DNA of 58,563 nt from Proteromonas lacertae (Eukaryota): positions 124,001 through 182,563 of the forward strand of contig NGBS01000592.1 in the NCBI GenBank assembly GCA_002245135.1, read 5' to 3'. Each line of letters opens with the position of its first letter. Within the stretch, counting starts at the first letter, position 1. The notes under the pieces are model-generated. The model was not told the DNA's origin. It worked only from the letters and a program-made list of their open reading frames with translations, and searched no databases. The position numbers and the translations under genes were made by a program. Of the stretch, positions 28,030-38,966 are shown one piece after another.

Positions 28030-28049
28030 TTGCATATGTTATATATTGA
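25717..28049 (+). pseudogene. Pseudokinase + RI-like LRR gene, copy 1 (1-nt deletion near 26060)
   Basis: Kinase fold with ECNLKSSNI (no HRD), DSF, YMSAEE, IWSIGCILYEM; LRRs such as LKELKLYGNEIGDEGMKII; five short introns; frameshifted relative to copy 2. Confidence 0.75.
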
Positions 28050-28156
28050 AGGTTGGTTATATTATTTTAATCTGTATTATTATGATTGGATTGTTATTTT
28101 TCATATTAAAAATGAATTAAAATAAAACAAATACATAACTATTCATTTATGATATG

Positions 28157-29361
28157 TTAATTATCAACTTTATAAGAGTCTGCTCCTAATAAACCCCAAA
28201 TTCGTTTATCTTCTTCTATATTAACAGGAATATACCAATCTGGATATTTATTATTAGGATTTAAATGATAATCAATAAATACTTCACTATTTTCAATCTT
28301 ATCAATAGATATTACTGCCATTGTCTTCATATAATGAGGAATGAATTGATTTAACAACTATATGTAAAAACATACATTTAATATTATATAATACATTATC
28401 TTTCATTGATAATTCAAATGGATATTCATTTGGAATATATTTCTGTAATTCTTTCGGAAAATATGGTTTGTTTCTACCACATAAAGGAACATTATATAAA
28501 TATAACTCTGCATTTGGTTTATGATTAGCTGGTGGATGATTGATCATATCACCTATAACATATGGATGATTATATTTTGGTTCTAATTCAATATATATAA
28601 TATTATACTATAATTAAATGCATCTATAATTGTACCATCATACCACGATGTTTTATATGTTGATTTATGAGATGTTAAATATTCATAACCTTCATCCTAT
28701 AATAATAATAAATAAATAAATAAATAGATTTATACTCTTGCCCAGTGATATGGTGTAAACACTAATCCAGGATAAAAACCCTAATAATAATAATAATAAT
28801 AATAATATACTAATAATGCACCAGGATATACAACTCCTTTAATAAATACCCCCTAAAAATGTGGATAAAATAAATAATATTTATACCTTTCCAACTTCAT
28901 GTTTTTTATCTTTTGATTCTACTATTGATGACTGTTCAATTGATGGATACCAACTGCTATTGTCTAAAGATAATTTTTCACCTGCACATTCTAGCTTAGA
29001 TAGTTTATTTAGCAAATCAACAGCCTATGACAAATAGTCTTTATATATATACTTGATTGTTTACATTCTCTAGTAAAATATCTCGATGATCTATTGGTGG
29101 TTGATCTTGGATTTCTTTTAATATTTTTCTTGCCATATCATTATCGCTTTTACTATAATTAAAAATAAATATACCGACTATCTTTCTTAACAGAAAAATA
29201 TCCACTGCGATATATTGCCGTGAGTTGAGCAAGTCTTTGTATCTCTAATCTCTCCTATACGAAATTAATTCTTCTAATACTTGAAACTCCTTCCCACTAT
29301 GCTCAAAAAGATGTTTTTCAAAACTCTTTAATGGCTTCCTGACTATATCAACAATTCCCAT
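28157..29361 (-). CDS. SETD9: SETD9-like SET-domain protein
   Basis: Spliced: GVFIKG...GFYPG...DGTIIDA...IGDMINHPP...FPKELQKYIPN...EVFIDYHLNP...PDWY.PV..EED.R.W. Confidence 0.7.
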
Positions 29362-29467
29362 TTTTATGGTTTAAAAATTTTCATTACCCACACAATTAAA
29401 AATGATAAAAAAGTATTAAATATGGTTAATATAATTTATAAAATGTTTGTATTCACTATACTAAGAC

Positions 29468-31618
29468 TTATGTCAATCCAGCATTTTCAAATCTACACAA
29501 ACCACAACCTAAACAATATTCTTCACCATTTGGAGGATGATCAACACCTAATGGACATTTATCCTTTCCTGGACATTTTGGTAATTGATCTTTTGGTAAT
29601 TTTGGTAATGTAGTGCTCTTTTGATGACAAGCTTCACAAAAATGAGTTGTGTTCCAGCAAAACCATTTACTATAGTTGCAACAGAATCTGCATTTGAACT
29701 GTATAAATTCCTTACCATGTTTTGGACATTCTTGGATATTTGAACCACGAAATTGACAATCACTACATAGTTTCTTTGGTATTTCATCAGCTGGAGGTTC
29801 TCCACATTCAGCCAAACCAGCATAATATGGTTTATGACATTCGTCACATAAATAAAACGCAAATTTCTTTAAACCATATTCTTCAGGTTTATTATAAAAT
29901 TCACTTGAAGGATTTGTCAATTCTTTATTATTCATCATATTTTCTACTTTTAAATAACTCAAACAAGCTCTTTTCACTGTATCTAATAGTTTCAATTCAG
30001 GATGGATTATCTCATTGATTGAAGGATGTTCCATTAATTCTCGACATTGAGGACATTCTAAATAACCAAATGATATTCGAATACCACTCCATTTATTCTT
30101 TATCTTTTCGATTACACAATTATAATGGAATATATGACCACATTTTAATTCAATACAAGGACTTTGATTTAATCCTTCACTGTAACAAATTGTACAATAA
30201 TCTTCTCCTTCTATTTTATTTCCATTACATTCACTATTTAAACACATTAAACATTTTTCTTCATCTTTTATACCACAACAGAAATGACCACATTCTAATC
30301 GTTTATTACAACTTATCTTCTGTTTATTTTTACATTCTTCATTCTCACATACTTCCAACTCTATATCATCACTTTCTTTTAATCTTTCATTACAATATCG
30401 ACATTTCTTCATTTTTAAATATTCTTCATATTCTTCACAACTTTTACCTAAATGATAAGGCATCTTTTTACAGTTACGACACCAGTCTTTACCACAATGC
30501 ACACATTTTATTCGATATTTATCTCGATGTTGGATCATTTCTAAACTCATTTCTTTTCCTTCATTATCTTTTTCACCTGTTACTTTATTATTGATTTCAC
30601 CTGCTTCAAACATAAATGGTTCTCCTAGATTTGGACAATTAGGATTTAAACAGTATATTAAACTATCTTTTAAGGCATTTTCTCGATTCTCTTCGATTAT
30701 ATCTAATTCATCTTCATATATTATTCCTTCTGACACACTCCATTTATCTAATACAAATTCTTTTTTACAATATACACAGTTAAAATTACCATTTCCTAAT
30801 CCTTTTCTTTCTATATAATTCGATAAACACTTTCGACAATAACAGTCTTTACATTCAGGTAAATATATCGCATTATTCGGATTTTTTCTTCCACATATTA
30901 CACAATACTTTTTATTATCCATCATTATCACTCTTTTCTTCGATTTGTGTTTATGATTTTTATATTTCATTTTTTCATTTAATACTTTCATATACTCTTT
31001 ATAATCGTCAAATGGTGTTTTCATTTCTTCATTTTCTTGTGCTTGTGTTTCACTATCATAAATTGATTGTTCAAGTTGACATAATTGTTGTATTTGTTGA
31101 TTTTGTTGAAAATTATTGTATATTGGTTGTTGTGCTTGAGATATTTGCTGATTTTGTTGTCCATATAACGATTGTTGATATAATTGTTGTTGATATAATG
31201 ATGGTTGTTGTTGACTATTGTATACAGGTTGTTGAGGTTGAGATTGCTGTGATTGTTGTTCATCTTGACTATTATATACTGGCTGATGTTGAGGTGGTGG
31301 TTGATATAATGACTGTTGTTCTTGACTATTGTAAAGTGATTGTTGTTGAGGCTGAGATTGTTCATTACTCATTTCACCTGTATTGTTGTCTTGAGATGAT
31401 TTAAGGGATGCATTCATATCACTTGGAGGAGTATATACAGGCGGGATATTATTTTGTTGATAAAACGGTTGTTGGAACATTGTTACTTTATATGTGCTAT
31501 AAAAAGGCATTACATTATTTAATATTGCTGCTGCGCTGATAAATCTGTTATTTGAAGGTAATGGCTGCTGATTTATTTGCTCTGAAGTGTTATTGTAATG
31601 CGGTACTTCTTTTGACAT
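29468..31618 (-). CDS. E3 ubiquitin ligase copy 2: RING/IBR-like + MYCBP2-type RCR module
   Basis: Inverted paralogue of 22958-25126. The ORF track starts at GTG 31636; the first ATG is 31618. N-terminus differs and the catalytic patch is divergent. Confidence 0.9.
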   Translation of the reverse strand: MSKEVPHYNNTSEQINQQPLPSNNRFISAAAILNNVMPFYSTYKVTMFQQPFYQQNNIPPVYTPPSDMNASLKSSQDNNTGEMSNEQSQPQQQSLYNSQEQQSLYQPPPQHQPVYNSQDEQQSQQSQPQQPVYNSQQQPSLYQQQLYQQSLYGQQNQQISQAQQPIYNNFQQNQQIQQLCQLEQSIYDSETQAQENEEMKTPFDDYKEYMKVLNEKMKYKNHKHKSKKRVIMMDNKKYCVICGRKNPNNAIYLPECKDCYCRKCLSNYIERKGLGNGNFNCVYCKKEFVLDKWSVSEGIIYEDELDIIEENRENALKDSLIYCLNPNCPNLGEPFMFEAGEINNKVTGEKDNEGKEMSLEMIQHRDKYRIKCVHCGKDWCRNCKKMPYHLGKSCEEYEEYLKMKKCRYCNERLKESDDIELEVCENEECKNKQKISCNKRLECGHFCCGIKDEEKCLMCLNSECNGNKIEGEDYCTICYSEGLNQSPCIELKCGHIFHYNCVIEKIKNKWSGIRISFGYLECPQCRELMEHPSINEIIHPELKLLDTVKRACLSYLKVENMMNNKELTNPSSEFYNKPEEYGLKKFAFYLCDECHKPYYAGLAECGEPPADEIPKKLCSDCQFRGSNIQECPKHGKEFIQFKCRFCCNYSKWFCWNTTHFCEACHQKSTTLPKLPKDQLPKCPGKDKCPLGVDHPPNGEEYCLGCGLCRFENAGLT

Positions 31619-31863
31619 ATTAACCTCTCCGTTCACATTACAATCAATAGAATGTATTATTCGTGTTTGTATTCATATTATATACCAACTGTATAATAAC
31701 AAATTCAAAAAAGAAAGAAGAATTTGAAATTTATTCGTTTTTACATAAAATAAAATAAGTGTTTTGATTTATTTACAGTAGATATTATATAATGAATTAT
31801 TTCAATAATCATATATTCAACAAACAATATAGAGAATATCAAAGTTTAACTCTTATCATACTC

Positions 31864-34800
31864 TTAATCAGATAATTCTAAATCTTCTTCTGCTACTATA
31901 TCAGCATTTCCTTCTCCATCAACTTTAGCTTTTTTTACTTCACCTCCATCAATATCATCACTAGCTTTTCTTTTCTCAGCATCATTCTTATTTTCAGATT
32001 CAGTCTTTTCTTCTTCAGCATCATCTCCAAATAAATCTTCATCTTCATCATCTACATTACTTTTATTCATCCACCTTCTTATTCACATTATTATTTTCAC
32101 TATTAACTTCAGGTTTATGAACTGGAATTAACTTCTCATCATCTTCATCATCATCACTAAATATTTCATCATCAGAGAATACTGGACCTGTCTTTACTGC
32201 TTCATTAGACGCAGCAGATGTAGCTGTATTCGATTTTACTAATCTTCTTTTATGTACTGTCGTTATTAATTTATCATCATCATCATTCTTCTTCATCACT
32301 TGTTAATAATTCATTCTCTTCTCCAGATGATTCATTTCCTTTCTTCTCTTTTCTTCTCTTTTGTTTTTTGGAGGTTGTTATTATCTCATCTTCATCTCCA
32401 AATATCTCGTCATAATCTTTATTCACTGATTCTCTAATTAAAATAAATAATATAATATAATTATACTTCTTATTTCTTTTACGACTTTTTCTTTCATTAT
32501 TTTCTTCATTATTATCATCACCATTTTCAGATTTGATTTTTGCCATTTCTTCTAAAAATCTTTTGTGTTCTTCTTTAAATCGCTCTTCTTCTTCTTTTCT
32601 TCTTTCTTCTTTTAATCTCTTTTCTTCTTCTTCTTTTTCAATTCTTTGAGCTTCTCTTTCTTTCTCTAATGTTAAATAGAATCTGTTTTTCTCTCAATAA
32701 TTGTTCATTTTGTTTTATCTCATAATCAAGATGTGCTTTCGCTGGTTCAATATTTTGAGAACAACTGTTGAAATAAGCTTCAGCTGTTTTCTTCTGATAA
32801 GGTGGATTTGGAAATGTATCATATTCATCATATAACCATTGGAATAAATCTCTGGCTGTTATCATTGAGTTTACTGCAGAAGCTACTTCTTGAACTGTAC
32901 GTTGTCCTACTTGTTGTACATCCTTCTTCACCTTTCTCTCTACCACAACATGGATATACACCTTTCACTTCATCAAATTCTAACATATGTACTTTCTCAA
33001 CTGTGATAATAAAAGCAGCATATTGAGTATGAGCAATGGCTAAATTATACCATAATCTTATATTCTATTAAATAAATATAACAATAGATTAGATCATATA
33101 TACAGTAGGATCCATTTGAATACATTTCGTATAAATTGTTATTAACTCTTTAAACTGTTTATTATCATATAAAGCACGAGCTAAGTATAAATATGGTTCA
33201 TAATTCGTTGGATTATTAAATCGTTTTATATAACTTTTCATTGCTTCGATTGAATCTTGAGTTTTACCTTGAGCTCTCATGATTATTGCTTGATTGAAAT
33301 AAGAGGATGGAACTTCTCGAATGGATTCTTTTATTATTTGAAATAGATTTGATGCTTCCTATATATATTATAAAATAAATAATAATATAGATATACATTT
33401 AATAGTCCTTGTTCAGCTAAAATCATTGCTAAGCCATTAACAGCATATACATTATATTTATTACATTTCAATGCTTCTTTATAGCCTTCAGCTGCTTTCA
33501 TTAATCCATTCACATATCCAGCTTGAGTTCCAGCATTTCGAAAATGGAAATTAGCTTTCTCTACTAATAAATATGAATCTTTTTTGTTTAATTCGATTAA
33601 TTTGTTAAGTACCTGCTTAGCATCATTTGTCATATTCTTTATTGTTAATATTTTGTATTTCATTAATTGAGCCTTTTTATAACACTCCATTTTATACTAT
33701 TAAACAATTATATATATATATTATTTATATTTATATTTATACTTTTGATGTTTTAATTTCATCATTTGTTCCCATTATAGAACATATATTCTCTATATCA
33801 TCTAAACTCTCATTTAATAAACCACTTTTTATCTTAAAATCAATTAATCTTAAACTAGCATCATAATATTCTGGACATATTTGGATTATTCCTCGATATA
33901 ATAAATTTGATTTTTCCCATTCACCCTATTCATATATTACATATTATATAAATATACAAGTGATTCTTTTAATAAAGCATAATTATAAGCAACACTTATC
34001 AATTCTTCTCTCAATAAATGACTATATTCTTTATTATCAATTTCGATATTATTTTTATCACAATATTGTTTTATAGCCTAAATAATATTATATATATATA
34101 TATATATACTCTTTGATAATAAAACTCTGAATTGTTATAGTCTTTTAACTTATGATATAAAGCTGCTACATTGAATAATACTTCAAATAATATTGGCTTA
34201 TTTCTTTGTTCAGATAATTGAATTGCTTTTTCAAATGTTTTACATGCTTCTTGTTGTACTTTTCGTATATGGACTTTTCATTAAATAAGAAGCATGATAA
34301 ATCAACGCATTTATATGATTTGGTTCAGCCTTCAATATCTTTATAAATTCGGCTGTGTCTGCTTTTAATGATTTTACTATTATTCCATAAAATTCTCTGG
34401 CTTCAGTACATTCTGGATGATATTGTAATAATGTGTGTAAATGAGCTTTCGCTTCACGTAATTCACCTTTATAATATGCCATTTGGGCTAATCCATAATA
34501 AGCTAACTCAAATTTTAAATTGGCAGACTATTGAAAATATGAGAGATAATATAATTAATATATATATACGTTAGTGTAATAAGCAGTAGCTGAATTATAA
34601 TCACCCATAATATGATAGGCTCTAGCTATAAAATAGTAGCTTTCACCTTTAATATGATCATCATCAGTATAATTTGTACTATTTAAAGCTAAATCTATTA
34701 CTTTCTTATAGTTTTTATAAGTCACTTCTACATTATTCGATGTTTCTCCTGTATAAGATGATTCTAATATTATAGTATCTTCTTTAATCTCTTTTACTCT

Positions 34801-35938
34801 ATAAGGAACATTATTCAATCTAATTTGATGACCTTTCACTATATAATCACTTAATAAACTGGTTGTTATGATTTTATTTGATCCATTTACTACTTTAGCA
34901 CCTCCACCTTGAGTCCAACTGTAGAAGAATGAATAATCCTACAATGATTAAATAAATAAAAATAGATATATAATACAGATAATTGACTCAAAACTAATGG
35001 ATTTTGATGATTCAACTGATAAGATTTATTTAATAAATCATGAGCTTCTTTATAATTATTCTTTCTATCACCTTTTACATTGGATTTCTTTAACATTGCT
35101 AAACACGCTAATGCATCTACATTGTTTGGATCAATTGCTAATGCTCTTTCAAATGCTTTCTTTGCCTATTAAATTATAAATAAAAATCATATTCTATATA
35201 TATATATACAAATTCAATATTATTGAGTTTGTAATGGCACATCCCTATGCCTACTCTTACTGAGGCTGGGCAGTTTGGACTACTTTGTAAAGCTTGTTTA
35301 TATTGACCTAATGCTGATTGATAATCGCCTGATCGATAGAATAAACATGCCATTCCAATTAATGCTGGTAAACAATTACTTTTCTTCTTTAATGCATTTG
35401 TAAATTCTTGCTGAGGATTTTCTTTATCTCGTTTGAATAAATATTGATAACCTCTACATACCCAAGAGAGAGAAGATTGATCAGTTTTACGTTCTAATTC
35501 ATCGATTAAAGATGAACATAAAATGGCTTTGTTGTAGAATTCATCTTTCTTCCCTGTATCATCTTTCAAATTGAAGGCTTTAACAGCCTACTTCATAAAA
35601 AAAATATAATTATACATAATAGGAAGATAAATAGCTAAAAACCATGATTTTTCCATCTATATCATCTTTGTATTCTTCAAATATTGCATCGCCTTCTACT
35701 GCATTTTTGATCACTTCCAAAATACTTTCGCTTATATCTCCTCGACCAATATTACTGTAAAGAACCTAAAATAAATATAAATTATTGAATATACAGCGAT
35801 ATGTACCCATAACGATAAAGGAGGTAATTCAGACTTCAGCATGTCCATTATATCTTCATCATTCTCCAATGGTACTTCTACATATTGAATTTCTTCGCCA
35901 TCACCTTTCACAGGGATAGATACCAAAATATCTGACAT
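31864..35938 (-). CDS. CTR9: PAF1 complex TPR subunit CTR9; four apparent +1 frameshifts
   Basis: N-terminus IPV...LKSE.PPLSLWVHIA, NCLPALIGMAC, CPASVRVGIGMC.YKL, NPLVL, ESYYFIARAYH.MGDY, NVYAVNGLAMILAE.G, acidic/basic tail. Confidence 0.93.
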
Positions 35939-36108
35939 TTTAAAAAAAGAAATGTCTTACTTAATAGTGACAAGGTAAATGTCATTTAAGAAACGACTAT
36001 ATTTTTGATAATAGTATTTTTAATATCTACTCCATTAGATGATAACAAAAATATTCAATATGATTTAATAAAACATAATTTCTCATACAATCAATACTCA
36101 ATTCCATT

Positions 36109-38457
36109 TTATTTTAATATTATTCTTGAAATCTTTAACATACTTCTTCAAATATTCTATTCCATCTGAATCAATATTATTATCTCTTACATTAACCCAT
36201 ATCTTTCCTTGAATATTCTTTAAACCATCAACTAAATATTTCACTCCAATTGAAGTTAATCACATTTCTATTATATATTATATTACATTGCTTATACTTG
36301 AACAATTAATTTCACAGAAATATCCTTCTTTTAATAGCTGTAGATGTGGAGATATTATTTTCATTCCTTCATCTCCTATTTCATTTCTATGCAATTGAAG
36401 TTCTTTGAGATATGGAAAAGAAGGTAAATTATTAATCAGTATTTCAACACTTTTAGATGTTAGTTTATTATCTAATTAATATTAATTATCAAATTATACT
36501 ACTCAAATCTAACTTCCATATTTTTCTTAACTCATTTAATCTTAAAGTAATGAATGATTTGAAAAAACAATCATCAATTTCATAATTATCCATAAATAAT
36601 GCATTATTAAATAAATCTGTGCATTTGATGCATTTGATTATTTCTGGAATGTCTTTGTCAATCAATAATTCTTTACATCTATCAAAATCAAATTTGATTG
36701 TTAAGTGAGGAAATTTGGAAAATAAGGTTTTAAATCCAGCACAATGAATATTCTTGTTTGATCCAATATATATTCTCTCAATATTTGGATATTTATATAT
36801 TTCTTCTGATAATAATATCATTGATTCATCATCTAAATTCATTCTATAAAGATTCAATTCATTATACTTGTTGATTAATAAATGTATATATGTAAGTAAT
36901 AATTTAAAGCCTTTTGCACCAATTGGATTATCTATTTTGATATAAATGAATAAAATAGAATAGTAAAATACATGATAAATCCACATATACCAGCTTCATG
37001 AAAGGAATTGATTTAACAAATGATTCGATGAAATCTAATGTAAGATTACATTCCTGATAAGTGTAATTCTTGAAGATTAGATAATTGACAATACAATGAA
37101 CCAAATAAAAATTGATATTCAATTGGAATACAAACACTATCTCTATACATATCTAGGAATATAAAAATGATTAAAATTATACAAAATGAGAGCTTCTGTA
37201 GATTGATTAGTTTCAATATTCTGAATAAATATTTCAATCCTTCTTGACATAAACACAGACAATATCTAGCATTAATAATTTCTTTATCATACCTATCATA
37301 TTTGCCTATATTTAACATCATTTTATCTAAATAACATTCTTCACTTTCTTTACATTGATGGTGGATTTGAAATTTCAGTTTATCTTTTATGAAATTATCA
37401 TTCTTGTTCAATTTCATCATCAATAAGATTGATAAGATTCTTTCTGTAGGTTTATTATTGTATGATTCTATCAATAAATCTACAATTTCTTTCCATTTAT
37501 CACTTTTCATATAATATTCGGATGGATATATTATTGGAAGTTTAACAGTCTTATAATCTATATTGAATAACAATTCTTTTCTTTCAACATTCATATTCAT
37601 ATTTTCATATTCATCTTTAAATATTTCATTCATTCTATTCATCTCTTTCTTAAACTCTTTTAAACTCAATCGATTCTTTCCATCAATTATAAACATTTGA
37701 CAGAATAGATTATTATAAAATGGATTTATGGATTTATCCCTTTTCCATTTACATCTCAAAATATTATCCATTGTCTTCATCACATTTTCATCTTCATCAA
37801 ATGGTAATTTCTTTAAAATCATTTCATATAATATACAACCAATTGACCAAATCACACTTCTTTCATTCATTTCATATCCACTCAACTCTTCAGCACTCAT
37901 ATAGTTTATCTCATTCATATACATTCCATTTTCATCATCATATCTTAATTCATTCAAAAAACTATCACATATCTTTATTACATCATTTTCGATTATTATA
38001 TTGGAACTTTTCAAATTACACTCATATAAACCATTTTCTAACATTATTGATATTATATCACATATTGATAACATCATTTTATCTACTTTCATTTCAATCA
38101 CATTATTATCATCATCATTATACATTAAATATCTTAAATCATTCTCATATCTAATACGATCTATCATCAATATATTATTTCTTTCATTTAATATCATCAT
38201 TTTACTTTCTATATATTTATCACTTAATAATTTCAATAATAACATATCTTCTTCACATTTTAACACTTTCTTCATTGATAATCTTTCCATTTCATACATT
38301 TTTATTATCTTCTTTTCATTTAATACTTTCATTTCATAAACACTCTTAAAATCACTCACTTTCATATCTATCACTTCCTATACAAATATATATTTCATAT
38401 ATCATATACTTCAACATTCGGTACTTTCTTCATCAATATCTCTTTCATTTCACTCAT
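36109..38457 (-). pseudogene. Pseudokinase + LRR gene, copy 2 (1-nt insertion near 37051, GGA>TGA near 36261)
   Basis: Reverse-complement paralogue of 25717-28049 carrying two lesions that copy 1 lacks. Confidence 0.8.
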
Positions 38458-38966
38458 TTTTATTTTTTATTTTTAGATTGTATTATTCTGTATTCAAGTG
38501 TATTATTCTGTATTTCTTTTCTTTCATTCTATATGCTTATATTTTACTCAAATCTCACTTCTGCTGTTTATCTAAACTATATTTGATAGTTATATACTCT
38601 AAATTAACTAAATCAAAACACAAATACTCTCTTTTCTTTATATTATTCCAGATATCTCTATATTTCAGTTAAATTAAATTATATACTAAATCTCTATATC
38701 TTCTAATATCAAATAAAGATAAAAAGAGTAAAAATTAAAATCTAAAATGACTTTGATTTGATCAAAATAGATTAAAAGAATGTTGATTTAATCGCTGAAT
38801 ATGAAGTGAAAATATATAAATGCATGATAAATGAATATTTTGTATATGAATGAATATAGACAAAAGTGAAAATAAGTATAAAGATATGAACTGTGGAATA
38901 TTGAGAAATAAACGAGTAGTAAGAAAGAATAAACAAATATCAAAGATATAGGTAGATCATATATAA

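Noticed and set aside
23079..31404. Antisense/overlapping ORFs (e.g. 24003-24578, 30019-30594, 23079-23585)
   Set aside because: Shadow ORFs of biased codon usage; their duplication simply mirrors the duplicated sense gene.
22958..31636. Both RCR ORFs listed as exactly 722 aa
   Set aside because: Coincidence: copy 2's ORF is counted from a GTG and its first ATG gives 716 aa.
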